A DNA stretch of 64,000 bases from an uncultured delta proteobacterium (GTDB lineage: Bacteria > Desulfobacterota > Zymogenia > Zymogenales > Zymogenaceae), in assembly GCA_963735595.1 (NCBI GenBank), contig CAVTLK010000002.1, forward strand, positions 64,001 through 128,000, written 5' to 3'. This document shows, piece by piece, positions 21,322-31,186 of this stretch. The notes beneath the pieces were generated by a model. The model did no database searches, had not been told where the DNA came from, and was given only the letters and a program-made list of their open reading frames with translations. Position 1 is the first letter of the stretch, and each line of letters begins with the position of its first letter. The translations under genes and the position numbers were made by a program.

Positions 21322-22185
21322 ATGAGTGACATCAGGCGCGTGTTTCTTGTATTTTTTGTCGCCTCGATAGTCGGGTGCCTGACTTTATTTGTTCCTGCCA
21401 TGCTATCGGCCCAGGACACGACCGACACTACGGATACGACGGATACGACGGATACAACCGATACCTCGGACGAGTCCGCCGATGAGGAGACGAAGGACGT
21501 CAACTGGAACGAGGCCCAGACCATGAAGGCCGAAAACGTCGCCGAGGCCGCGGCCGATATACTCGCCGAGAAGGCTGAGGACGCCGCTGCCGAGGCCGAG
21601 GCCGCTGAGGCTGATCTTGCGGCGGCGGAGTCCGACCTGACGGCGGCCGAGGATGGTCTCGCGGCGGCCGAGCAGAACCTCTCAGACGTTCAGGCAAACG
21701 CCGAGGCCACCGACGAAGAAATCACCGCGGCTGAAGCGGCAGTAGCGGACGCCACCGCGGCAGTTGATGCGGCTACCGCCGCAGTCGATGCAGCCACCGC
21801 CTCGGCCGACGAGGCCACCGCCAATGCCGACGAGGCCGCCGCCGCGGCCGAGAGCTTCGATGCAGAGTCTGTCATGGCGATGCGCGAGGACGGCATGGGC
21901 TGGGGAGAGATCTGCCATGAGCTTGGCATTCACCCGAGCGTCCTGGGCCTTGCCCTCGGCAAAAAGAAAGCGGCAGGTTTCATCGAGACGGTCAGGAACA
22001 CCTTCAGGGAGAATAAAGGGAAGGGCAAGAAGGGCGGAGACGACGGAGAGACCGATGTCGCCAGCTCTGGCAGCGGGAAGTCCAATAACGGGAAGTCCGA
22101 TAACGGAAAGTCCAAGTCCGATTCCAAGGGCAAATCCGGCGACAGTAACGGTAAAAGCGACGGTAAGGGTAAGGGAAAGCATTAG
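21322..22185 (+). CDS. Secreted low-complexity protein: (DTT)n tract, acidic Ala-rich coiled coil, GMGWGEI motif and K/G/S-rich tail
   Basis: AAGGAG RBS, signal peptide, own promoter and terminator. Confidence 0.8.
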   Translation: MSDIRRVFLVFFVASIVGCLTLFVPAMLSAQDTTDTTDTTDTTDTTDTSDESADEETKDVNWNEAQTMKAENVAEAAADILAEKAEDAAAEAEAAEADLAAAESDLTAAEDGLAAAEQNLSDVQANAEATDEEITAAEAAVADATAAVDAATAAVDAATASADEATANADEAAAAAESFDAESVMAMREDGMGWGEICHELGIHPSVLGLALGKKKAAGFIETVRNTFRENKGKGKKGGDDGETDVASSGSGKSNNGKSDNGKSKSDSKGKSGDSNGKSDGKGKGKH

Positions 22186-22235
22186 CTCCTTGGTTTCCCC
22201 TCTATAGATAGATCCCAGAATTCTCTTTCCGATCC

Positions 22236-22275
22236 GGCCGCACGACCGGCCGAACAGTCGTGCGGCCCTTTTTTT
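22236..22275 (+). terminator. Intrinsic terminator
   Basis: 11-bp stem GGCCGCACGAC/GTCGTGCGGCC followed by a T-run. Confidence 0.8.
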
Positions 22276-22795
22276 ATCCCGCGTCGATAACGGAACGCGC
22301 GAACAAGCGCGCATTATTTTCGTCCTCGGCGTTGGGGCGGCCGGTCATCTTTTCGATGATCGCGTTCCACTCGTCGTCCGATACCTTCCGGGCCTTCTTG
22401 ACGTAGGGCTGGATATCCGGTGAGAGATACCCCTGGCAGTCGAAACAGCCGAGAAACGGTATCTGTTTTGCCCCGCTTATTGTCTCAAAGGACGCGATGC
22501 ACTTCTCGAATCCCGCCCTCTCGTAGGCCGACGACGCGTGGGTGATAAACCCGGCGAGCTTAAACGTTCCCTGCTGCGGCAGGCCGGTCAGAAAGGACTT
22601 CGCCTGCGCGGAGAGATCGCCCGCGTGGCAGGGCGAGCCGACGAAGACCAGATCATACGCCCCTGCCGCATCGGGCCCGGTTACGTCGATCGGCGCCAGG
22701 TCAACCTGATTGCCGGCGGCCAGCTCCTCATAGAGGGCAGCGGCGATCTTCCTGGTGTTGCCGGTCTGCGAAAAGAAGGCGATTAATATCTTCAT
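22274..22795 (-). CDS. Flavodoxin-family protein
   Basis: FMN loop FFSQTGNTRKIA; DLVFVGSP. Confidence 0.85.
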   Translation of the reverse strand: MKILIAFFSQTGNTRKIAAALYEELAAGNQVDLAPIDVTGPDAAGAYDLVFVGSPCHAGDLSAQAKSFLTGLPQQGTFKLAGFITHASSAYERAGFEKCIASFETISGAKQIPFLGCFDCQGYLSPDIQPYVKKARKVSDDEWNAIIEKMTGRPNAEDENNARLFARSVIDAG

Positions 22796-22922
22796 CGTGC
22801 CGATTCCTCCGTATCCCGTCATTTACCCGTAGTGCTCTTGAAGCTCCCTGATTCCGACGGTTGACGCACAGGCGCCTGGTTACGGAGCCGAGCCTCGTGT
22901 CGATCCTATGTCTCCGTCGGGT

Positions 22923-24848
22923 TTACGCCCGCGCCAGGAGCGCACGCGCCACGTCCACCGCCTCAACGGCGTCCTTGGCCCAGCCGTCGGCTCCGATAGT
23001 GTCGGCAAACTTCTTGTTGAGGGGCGCCCCGCCGACCATCACCTTAACGTGGTCCCTCAACCCCTGTTCTTTGAGGGCCTCGATGATGACCTTCATCTGG
23101 TCCATCGTGGTGGTTAAGAGCGCCGAGAGGCCGAGGATATCGGGTTTTTCCTCGCGGACGCGGCGAATAAACTCCTGGCTGTCCACGTTGATGCCGATGT
23201 CAATCACCTCAAAGCCTACACCCTTGAGCATGATGGCCACCATGTTCTTGCCGATATCGTGCATATCCCCCCGGACGGTGCCGATGAGTACCCGGCGGCC
23301 TGTTTTGGCCCCGTCTGCGGCAAGCTGCGGCTCCAGCAGGACGAGCGCGGTGTTCATCGCCCTGGCAGAGAGCAGCACCTCTGGGATGAACAGGTCGCCG
23401 TCCTTGAAGCGGGTCCCAACGATCTCCATAGCCGGGATCATCCCGCGGTGGAGGATGTCATGGGCCGATGTCCCTTGATCCAAAAGCCCCCGGATACGGG
23501 CGAGGAGGGACTCGTCGTCACCCGAAATGATATCCTCCCGGACCCCCGAAAAGAGATCGTCGGCCCCGGCCGCCGGCGTTACCGATGTCCGCGCCTTCTC
23601 AAGCCGCTCGTCTGAGACCGGGTTGAACCCGCCCGCTGTGAGCGGGAGCATTCCCTCGGCCTGGACGCGCTCCGAGATCCGGACGAGCCGCTCGAAGACC
23701 GCCCTCGGCGGTGTGGAGTCGGCGGTGCCGAGGATGAGCCGGTCTCCCGGGGTAACGTTTTTAAAGAGGTTTGTGAGAAATGACTCGAACTCATCTTCGT
23801 CGGCCGTGTCGGCCGAGAGGATCGATTCGGGGATACCGCCCATGATGGTGAGCTTATCGCGCCAGCGCCGGTAATAGTCCTCGATCTTGACCTTGGTCAT
23901 CGGCCAGGGGGTTACGGATTCCGCCACGTGGACGCCCGAGTCGCGTATCAGGTCCATGAGGCCGAAGTTCTCCCCATCGGTATGGGTGGCGACGAGCTTG
24001 CCGCGCGCCCCGAGGTAATCGGAGACCTTTCGGAGCCAGGGGACGATCTCCATTTCAAAATAGGGCGGGTAGGTGAGCATGTCGTCGTAGTTGGCGCCCC
24101 AGAGCACCACTTCGGCGGGCGAGTTTCCCATGACGGCCAGCACCTTCTCGAAATAAACGGCGACGCTGTCGGCAAGACGCCGCATCTGGGCGGGGTGGTC
24201 ATTATACTCGTAATAGAAACGGGTTGGATCGAGGAACTCCTTCTGGATATGGTGCATGGGGGAGGCCGCCAGCGACGCGCCCCCGGCCGCCACAACTCCG
24301 TCGTCCCCGACTTCGTCCATGTACTGCTGCGCCGTCTCGTACTGCCCGAAGACGTCGATGTTTTCGAAGATATAGCCGACGATCTCGTAGTCCGAGGGTT
24401 TCTTGATGATGTGTTCCTGGGTCCAGCCGAGGGAGGCGCCCGCCCGCTGCATCTCTTCGGTGAGTCCCCCGGCGGTACGCACCGTGCCCTTGGGTGTATG
24501 ATAGGAGACGATCTGCTGGCCCGCCTCGCTCTTCACCTCGATCTCGATATCCTTCGAAAAACTCCAACCGTAGACCGACTGGATGAAATTGAAGAGACCT
24601 ATCGAGCGGTGAAGGATGTCGTCCGGACTCTTGATCATGTTTGTGAAATCGGGCACCATGTGGTAGCACGCCCACCCCTCCGCCCTGGCGATATCGTCGG
24701 GTTTCCTTCCCTTATGCCGCTCGGGGAGCGTGCCGCCCAGGTTATTGGCGATCCACCAGAGGTCAAGACGGGGGACAAAAGGGATCCGGTCGACCATCTC
24801 CCCCCTCATCGTCCTGAGAATTCTTTCTTTGTGGGTTAACGAGGTCAT
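22923..24848 (-). CDS. Fusion of a URO-D/MtaA-like methyltransferase domain and a C-terminal corrinoid (B12-binding) domain
   Basis: N-terminal ..KERILRTMRGEMVDRIPF, HTDG and IMGGIP. C-terminal cap GMIPAMEIVG..F..PEVLLSARAM, GDMHDIGKN, GLSALLTTTM and VMVGGAP. Confidence 0.88.
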   Translation of the reverse strand: MTSLTHKERILRTMRGEMVDRIPFVPRLDLWWIANNLGGTLPERHKGRKPDDIARAEGWACYHMVPDFTNMIKSPDDILHRSIGLFNFIQSVYGWSFSKDIEIEVKSEAGQQIVSYHTPKGTVRTAGGLTEEMQRAGASLGWTQEHIIKKPSDYEIVGYIFENIDVFGQYETAQQYMDEVGDDGVVAAGGASLAASPMHHIQKEFLDPTRFYYEYNDHPAQMRRLADSVAVYFEKVLAVMGNSPAEVVLWGANYDDMLTYPPYFEMEIVPWLRKVSDYLGARGKLVATHTDGENFGLMDLIRDSGVHVAESVTPWPMTKVKIEDYYRRWRDKLTIMGGIPESILSADTADEDEFESFLTNLFKNVTPGDRLILGTADSTPPRAVFERLVRISERVQAEGMLPLTAGGFNPVSDERLEKARTSVTPAAGADDLFSGVREDIISGDDESLLARIRGLLDQGTSAHDILHRGMIPAMEIVGTRFKDGDLFIPEVLLSARAMNTALVLLEPQLAADGAKTGRRVLIGTVRGDMHDIGKNMVAIMLKGVGFEVIDIGINVDSQEFIRRVREEKPDILGLSALLTTTMDQMKVIIEALKEQGLRDHVKVMVGGAPLNKKFADTIGADGWAKDAVEAVDVARALLARA

Positions 24849-25157
24849 GGCAGGGCCTCCACTGATTGGGGACAATATAACACGCGGGCATATGTATCGG
24901 GGTATCGGGCATTGCGCGCCGATTGACAGCGTATTCCCGGCCATGATAACAAAAGAGATACGCCGTGGTCAAGCAATTACGGCGGTGGCGGCGGCGCCGG
25001 ACCTCCGGCACATTTCGATTGAAAAGCCACGCGCCCTTTGCTATAGTGATGCCGTCGGATTGGGTCCGCTTCTCCCCGTGCGAACGCTCCGCCACCTACC
25101 CTCACCGGGGAGGCATCCCATTTTTATATCTATAATCCCATTTTTCAGGAGCGTATT

Positions 25158-26819
25158 ATGAAGATCGTCAAGGGCTTCCCTTCCACGATGCAGGATGACT
25201 ACCAGCTCAATCTCATCAATCTCATCAAACACGGTGCCAGGAACTTTGAAAAGCAGCAGATCGTCTGCAAGGTCGGCGAGGAGATGTTCCGCTATACCTA
25301 CCTCGACGCGTACTTGAGGATTATGCGGTTCGGCAACGTACTCAAGAAGCTGGGGATCAAGGTCGGCGACAGGGTCGGCGTCATGGACTGGAACAGCTAC
25401 CGTAATTATGAGCTCTACTTTTCCATCCCCGGGTATGGGGCCGTTATGCTGCTGATGAACCTCAGGCTTGCCCCGCCCGATCTCGCGTATGTGGTCAACC
25501 ACGCCGAGACAAAGCTCGTTATCGTCGACGAGACGCTGGCACCCCTCGTGGAAATGGTCGCCCCCCAGCTCAAGACCGTCAAGGGGTACATCATCATCAC
25601 CGACAAGAAGCTCTCGGACATTCAGACGAAGCTCAAACCGGTGTACAGCTTCGAGGAGCTGCTGGCGGCCGAAAAGCCGGAGTATGACTGGCCGTTGATG
25701 GACGAAAAATCGGCATGCGCCGCCTGTTACACAACGGGAACGACCGGCAAACCGAAGGGCGTCTATTACTCCCACCGGAGCACCTACCTGCACGGCCTGG
25801 CGGTGGGGACGAACGCCGCACTCTCATACTCTGACTGTTTCTTCCAGTTGGTGCCGATGTTCCATGCGATGGGGTGGGGCGGGCCCTACTTTTCCACCAT
25901 GTGCGGCGCCAAATATGTACTGCCCGGCATGTATAACCTCCAGCGGCTGGACGAGCTGGCCCAGATCATCGTGGACGAGAAGGTCAATACGACGGCCGGG
26001 GCGCCGGCCCTCTTTATGCCGATGCTTGAATATATTAAAAAGCTCGACAAGAAACCCGATCTCAAGGGCGCCCGGTTCCTCTCCGGCGCTACCGAGCCGC
26101 CGCTGTCGATGATGAAGGACTACTGGGACCTGACCGGCGCCGAGGTGATACACGCCTACGGCGCAACGGAGACCTCGCCGCTGACCAGCATGAACCGACT
26201 CAAGCCGTGGCTTGCCGAAAAGATGACCGAGGACGAGCAGTGGGACATGCGCCGCAAGCAGGGATACGTGGTTACCGGCCTTGACGTCAAGCTCATGGAC
26301 CCGATGGGAAAGGAAGTGCCCCACGACGGCAAGACCCCGGGCGAGTTCTGCATCCGGGGACCGTGGGTCACCGGCAGCTACTATAACCCGGAGTCCCCCA
26401 GCACCCAGTTTTCCGAGGACGGCTACTGGAAGAGCGGCGACGCCGGCACCATGGACGAAGAGGGATACCTCAAGATCACCGACCGGGTCAAGGACATCAT
26501 CAAGAGCGGCGGCGAATGGATCTCGTCGGTGGATATGGAAAACGCCCTCGTGGCCCATCCGGCGGTGCTGGAGGCGGCCGTCGTCGGCGTTGCCCACCCG
26601 AAGTGGGAGGAGCGGCCGCTGGCGCTCGTCATCCTGCGGGATGAATACAAGGGCAAGGTTACCAGGGAAGACATCCACGATCACCTGCTCAAGTCGTTTT
26701 CCAAGTGGCAGCTTCCCGACGAGGTCATGTTCGTCAACGAGATCAGCAAGACCTCCGTGGGCAAGATCGACAAGAAGGTGGTCCGGGAGCAGTATAAGGA
26801 TACGTATACCAAGAAGTAG
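25158..26819 (+). CDS. Fatty acid--CoA ligase (AMP-binding; medium/long-chain, DmdB-like group)
   Basis: [37 protein letters not shown] and VGKIDKK motifs. Confidence 0.93.
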   Translation: MKIVKGFPSTMQDDYQLNLINLIKHGARNFEKQQIVCKVGEEMFRYTYLDAYLRIMRFGNVLKKLGIKVGDRVGVMDWNSYRNYELYFSIPGYGAVMLLMNLRLAPPDLAYVVNHAETKLVIVDETLAPLVEMVAPQLKTVKGYIIITDKKLSDIQTKLKPVYSFEELLAAEKPEYDWPLMDEKSACAACYTTGTTGKPKGVYYSHRSTYLHGLAVGTNAALSYSDCFFQLVPMFHAMGWGGPYFSTMCGAKYVLPGMYNLQRLDELAQIIVDEKVNTTAGAPALFMPMLEYIKKLDKKPDLKGARFLSGATEPPLSMMKDYWDLTGAEVIHAYGATETSPLTSMNRLKPWLAEKMTEDEQWDMRRKQGYVVTGLDVKLMDPMGKEVPHDGKTPGEFCIRGPWVTGSYYNPESPSTQFSEDGYWKSGDAGTMDEEGYLKITDRVKDIIKSGGEWISSVDMENALVAHPAVLEAAVVGVAHPKWEERPLALVILRDEYKGKVTREDIHDHLLKSFSKWQLPDEVMFVNEISKTSVGKIDKKVVREQYKDTYTKK

Positions 26820-26946
26820 GCCGGGCAGGATTGCCGCGAGGACGCGCGGGGAGCCCGTCAGTCTATTGCCCGTGAGGGCTCCCCGCGGCGTTAGCGTATA
26901 TACTATTTACAGCCAACACGGGCGTGTTGAAGAGGAGGGGCAACAT

Positions 26947-27843
26947 ATGCAAAAACTACTTGATCTGCTCGGCTGTCGGTACCCCATTATCCAGGGACCG
27001 ATCGGCGCGTTGAACGGCCCCCGGCTGGTATCGGCGATCTCCGAGGCCGGCGGTTTCGGGATGCTGGCCCTCGGGTTTTCCGGGCCCGACGACGTCAGGC
27101 GCATGGTCTCCGAGGTCAGGGAGTTGACCGATAAGCCCTTCGGGGCAAATCTCATGATCATGAATCCCGCCAATAAAGAGAACCTCGAGGTACTGGCCGC
27201 GGCGGGCGTTGGGCTTGTCACGACGTCGGCGGGGTCCCCCAAGAAGATATTTCCGGACATCCATGCGCTCGGTATGAAGGGTCTCCACGTGCTGCTGTCT
27301 CTGCCCCACGCGCTGGCGGCCGAGGAGGCCGGGGCCGACGGGCTTGTTGTCTGCGGGGCAGAGGCGGGAGGCTTACGGTCGGTCAATCCCGAATCATCGA
27401 CGATGGTGCTGGTCCCGCTCGTGGTCGATCATGTAAAGATACCGGTAGTTGCCGCCGGCGGAATCGCCGACAGCCGGGGGTACCGTGCGGCCCTGGCGCT
27501 CGGCGCCCAGGGGGTCCAGGTGGGCACCCGCTTCATCGCCACCGATGAAAGTCCGGCTCCTCAGGCATGGAAAGACGCCATCGTAGGGTGCAGCGATGGC
27601 GGAACGGCGCTGCTGCCGCTGGGCAGGATGACGATGCGGACAATCATGAACGAGAAGCTGAGGGCGTTGATGAGTGACCCAACGGCTGATCTCGCGGCCG
27701 AATATAACTACATGAACGCGGGCAAGGCCTGGACGACGGGCGACTTCGATCTGTTCCCGGCAGGCTCAGGCGACGTGGCCGCCCTCATCAGAGACATAAA
27801 GCCGGCGGCCGATGTAATCCGGGAAATGGCCTCACAGGGATAG
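26947..27843 (+). CDS. Nitronate monooxygenase / FabK-like FMN enzyme
   Basis: YPIIQG, PFGANL, EAGG, PVVAAGGIAD and GVQVGTRF motifs; GAGGAGG RBS. Confidence 0.88.
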   Translation: MQKLLDLLGCRYPIIQGPIGALNGPRLVSAISEAGGFGMLALGFSGPDDVRRMVSEVRELTDKPFGANLMIMNPANKENLEVLAAAGVGLVTTSAGSPKKIFPDIHALGMKGLHVLLSLPHALAAEEAGADGLVVCGAEAGGLRSVNPESSTMVLVPLVVDHVKIPVVAAGGIADSRGYRAALALGAQGVQVGTRFIATDESPAPQAWKDAIVGCSDGGTALLPLGRMTMRTIMNEKLRALMSDPTADLAAEYNYMNAGKAWTTGDFDLFPAGSGDVAALIRDIKPAADVIREMASQG

Positions 27844-27923
27844 GCGTCCCATTCGGGGGAAGGCCGCGCGAGCTCAGCCCCGGACGTTTACACGAAGCCG
27901 TACATCAGAGAGGAGCAAACGCC

Positions 27924-28772
27924 ATGCCGTTGGTATCGATCATCGAAACGCTCAGGAAGGCCTCGTTGGGCCGCTTTGCCGTCCCCCTCTTTGATGCCTT
28001 CGAGATGAACGCGGTCGAGGGGATCATCGCCGCGGCCGAGGAGAAGAGGGCGCCGGTCATCATCGCGATCTACGACGCCCTGTTATTACTTCCGACGGTG
28101 TCGTCATACGCCGCCTTTATCCGGGACGTTGCGGCCCGATCGCCGGTGCCGGTTTCCCTCATGCTCGATCACGGATCGAGCCCCGAGCGCTGCGACCGGG
28201 CGCTCTCGCTCGGGTTCACGGATGTCATGTACGACGGGTCAAAGCTCCCGATCGAGGAGAATATCGCGTCCACCGGGAGTGTCGTCATCGCGGCCCGGAA
28301 GACAGGCGCCGGGGTGGAGGCGGAATTGGGCCACGTGGGCGAGGGCTCGAACTACGAGGCGTTCGGGGCCGCCCGTGAAGGCTTCACCGATCCCGCGACC
28401 GTTTCGCGCTTCGTGGCCGATACCGGCTGCGACGTCCTGGCGGTAGCCGTCGGTACCGCCCACGGCCGCTACAAGGGGGCGCCTCATATCGACATTGACC
28501 TCCTGGCGCACATTCGGCGCGAGACCGACGCGCCGCTGGCGCTCCACGGCGGAACAGGGCTCTCCGAACGGCAGTACCGGGACGCGATCGACGCCGGGAT
28601 CGCCAAGATCAACATCGCCACGGACCTTCTGGGGGTTGCGACAGAAATGATGACCGAGGCCGCCCGGCAGCCGGAAGCATCGTATCTCGGAATGGTTGCC
28701 GCCGCCAAACAGGCGCATCGGGAGCGGTGTTCGTACTATTTCGACCTCTTCGGGGCGTCGGAAAAAGGATAA
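27924..28772 (+). CDS. Class II fructose/tagatose-bisphosphate aldolase family
   Basis: LDHG, VMYDGS, VEAELG, GTAHG, ALHGGTG and KINIAT motifs. Confidence 0.92.
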   Translation: MPLVSIIETLRKASLGRFAVPLFDAFEMNAVEGIIAAAEEKRAPVIIAIYDALLLLPTVSSYAAFIRDVAARSPVPVSLMLDHGSSPERCDRALSLGFTDVMYDGSKLPIEENIASTGSVVIAARKTGAGVEAELGHVGEGSNYEAFGAAREGFTDPATVSRFVADTGCDVLAVAVGTAHGRYKGAPHIDIDLLAHIRRETDAPLALHGGTGLSERQYRDAIDAGIAKINIATDLLGVATEMMTEAARQPEASYLGMVAAAKQAHRERCSYYFDLFGASEKG

Positions 28773-28782
28773 TGGACGGTTT

Positions 28783-29667
28783 ATGGAAATAGAGCAGGTT
28801 GAATTTTCCGGGAGCCCGAACTGCTACGCGTGCCGCATTGGGGACAAGAGCCTTGTAATCACCGCGGATTTCGGCCCGCGGATCATCTCTCTTGCGGCCG
28901 GCGGCGGCCCCAACGTATTGTTCGTGGACGAAGGCAGGGGCATGGGCAGCGGGGGATGGCTCCTCTACGGGGGACATCGCCTCTGGATCGCTCCGGAGAC
29001 CCGGTCTACCTACGCGCCGGATAACGGGCAGTGCCGGGTGGAATCGGACGGCGGGCGCCTGACCGTCACCACGCTCGACGAGGCGCTGATGCTCGAAAAA
29101 TCGATTACCGTCTCCGAGCGTGGGGGAGATTTTCTCGTCGCGCATACGGCCGTCAACCGGTCAGATACGCTTGTCGTCGGCGCGATCTGGGCGCTGACCT
29201 GTGTTGTGCCGCGGTGCACGGTCTTTTTCCCCTGGGGGACGGGGGGCGACTGGGACCTGAAGAAGATCGTCTACTGGAAACGGTGGATGAACCATACGAC
29301 GGACGTGGGAGGTTCCCAGTACATCCCCACGGACGACCTCTTTCTGGTCAGGCCGGACGGCTCGGAGGGGAAGGTCGGGACGTCCGGCACCGAGGGATTC
29401 ATCGGGGTTGCCGGGGCGGACTATACCTTCGTCAAGCGGTTTGACCGCATAGCATCCGCCCCCTACTATGACGAGGACTGTGCCGTCCAGTGTTACACCT
29501 GCGCGGACTTCGTGGAGCTTGAGACCCTCTCTCCCACGTATACGCTTTTCCCGAACAGGCCGGTTATTCACGAGGAGGAATGGATCGTCCGGGCTACGGC
29601 AGTCGACCCCGCCGACGGGCAGGCGGTCCGCCGGCTGATCGGTATGCGGGGAAACGGGCCGTCATAG
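28783..29667 (+). CDS. Conserved hypothetical protein (DUF4380-like, mutarotase-like beta fold)
   Basis: DFGPRII, YGGHRLWIAPE and FVELETLSP motifs. Confidence 0.65.
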   Translation: MEIEQVEFSGSPNCYACRIGDKSLVITADFGPRIISLAAGGGPNVLFVDEGRGMGSGGWLLYGGHRLWIAPETRSTYAPDNGQCRVESDGGRLTVTTLDEALMLEKSITVSERGGDFLVAHTAVNRSDTLVVGAIWALTCVVPRCTVFFPWGTGGDWDLKKIVYWKRWMNHTTDVGGSQYIPTDDLFLVRPDGSEGKVGTSGTEGFIGVAGADYTFVKRFDRIASAPYYDEDCAVQCYTCADFVELETLSPTYTLFPNRPVIHEEEWIVRATAVDPADGQAVRRLIGMRGNGPS

Positions 29668-29706
29668 AGGTCGTCCGCAAAAAGAAGTCCGACCGGCCGC
29701 GCACGG

Positions 29707-30519
29707 TTACTTCTCTTTTACCAGCTTCCGGGCGCGGGCAAGCTGCTGTTTGATCTCGACGCTGTCCGGAGAGAGCGAAAGGGCGCGCTCGAGGGCGTCG
29801 ACGGCCTCCTCGGGGTCCCCGGTTTCGATATGGGCGATCCCAAGATTGTACCAGGCGTCGTGGTGCTTGGGAGAGAGCTCCACCGCCCGGCTCAAAAGAT
29901 TAAGCGCCCGCTTGGCGTCGCCCAGGGCACCCGCGGCCGTTCCGAGCGCGAACAGGGCCTCGGGATCCTCGGGCCGGAACCGTAAGACATACTCGGCCCT
30001 CGTCCCGGCGGCTTCCCACTGTTGCCACCGGAGGGCGCTCCTGATCCCGGTCAGCTCAACGTCGAGCTCCTGACCGCTCGGGACACGGGCGGCTGCCGGC
30101 CCGAACTCCCTCTCGAATACGCGTACCACCTCCCCTACGGCCTCCTCGGGGCCCGCCGCTGTCAGCTCGAGGTAGCGCGGCTCAAACCAGCTTCGCTCGC
30201 AGATAATCGAAAGCTCAGTTCCTTCCGGCAGCCCGTAGGCCCGGACCGAGACGGAGCTCGCGGCAATTCCGTCGTATCGGGGCTCGATGGTCTGGCCGAA
30301 CGTGACGGCAAAACCGCGCTTTTTGTCTCCCCGGCTCCATCCCCGTTTGGTCCAGTAACGCTCTTCGCCCTCCGGCTCGACCCACTCCGGGGTCCGGGTC
30401 GGTGGGGGACTAAAATCGGGGGACAGGAGTGCGGCGCCTTTTTCGGCAAAGCCCAGCAACGTCTCGTAATCGCTGTCATACGCCTTGAAGGGCTGGTAGC
30501 GGATCGTCTTTTTGGCCAT
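29707..30519 (-). CDS. Hypothetical protein with C-terminal TPR repeats
   Basis: EALFALG, AWYNLGIAH..G..EEAVDALERALSLSP. Confidence 0.8.
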   Translation of the reverse strand: MAKKTIRYQPFKAYDSDYETLLGFAEKGAALLSPDFSPPPTRTPEWVEPEGEERYWTKRGWSRGDKKRGFAVTFGQTIEPRYDGIAASSVSVRAYGLPEGTELSIICERSWFEPRYLELTAAGPEEAVGEVVRVFEREFGPAAARVPSGQELDVELTGIRSALRWQQWEAAGTRAEYVLRFRPEDPEALFALGTAAGALGDAKRALNLLSRAVELSPKHHDAWYNLGIAHIETGDPEEAVDALERALSLSPDSVEIKQQLARARKLVKEK

Positions 30520-30643
30520 GGCATTTCCCGAATGTATCGAGCGGAGATATCCAAACCGTTACGATTTGAGTATACGCCGCGATCGGGCGGCGGTCAAGAT
30601 GCGGGGGAGCTGTATTACGCGCACCCGTCCGCGTACGAAGAGT

Positions 30644-31027
30644 ATGGATTTACCGCATTATATCTGGTACTATATAGATATGAAGCTCTCCGAGGACATC
30701 CGTGCGCTCCTGATCTTCATGGTGGTGATGGCGGCCATCGGCGGGGTTATCGTCATGGCGATCGTCGTCGCGCCGATGATCAACAAGTACCCCCAGGTAT
30801 CGCTGCGGCTGATCGTTGCCGTCCTGCTGACGTTCGTCAGCGCGAAGTTTCTCTTCTACATCTCCGAGGCGCTGCTGATCGTCATAGGGAAAAGAAGCGC
30901 CCGGGCCGAGGCCAGGATCCGCTCCGCTCACCCTGCCCTCCGGCGAACCGCTATCTTGCTTGCGATCGGGGCGACCTTCGTATGCTGGTATTTCATCTTT
31001 GCCTACCTCAAGGGGATTTTCGGATAG
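30644..31027 (+). CDS. Small three-TM membrane protein
   Basis: Three hydrophobic segments; start uncertain (30644 or 30680). Confidence 0.6.
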   Translation: MDLPHYIWYYIDMKLSEDIRALLIFMVVMAAIGGVIVMAIVVAPMINKYPQVSLRLIVAVLLTFVSAKFLFYISEALLIVIGKRSARAEARIRSAHPALRRTAILLAIGATFVCWYFIFAYLKGIFG

Positions 31028-31099
31028 CCCGCGGCCCCAACTCCCGCGAGAACCCTGTGACACGCCGCTGTTTCTTGCCCTTATGTCAGTATTTTTTTC

Positions 31100-31157
31100 T
31101 TGACTTCAGCCACCTTGGATACTATACTGCAAAGTACTTTGTAACGCAAAGTACTTT
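31100..31157 (+). promoter_or_regulatory. Sigma70 promoter with an adjacent palindromic operator
   Basis: TTGACT-N17-TATACT at 31100-31128, then perfect AAAGTACTTTG-N5-CAAAGTACTTT at 31131-31157. Confidence 0.8.
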
Positions 31158-31186
31158 ATTACTGTTTCCCGTGGAGGATGGTCTCA

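Noticed and set aside
24849..25157. Cobalamin or SAM riboswitch upstream of the corrinoid fusion (also checked 8610-8700 and 63536-63760)
   Set aside because: No recognisable conserved riboswitch core by eye; an Infernal/Rfam scan would be decisive.
26281..26946. 222-aa N-terminal extension of the NMO-like ORF
   Set aside because: It overlaps the CoA ligase out of frame and is R/S/P-rich; a strong RBS precedes ATG 26947.
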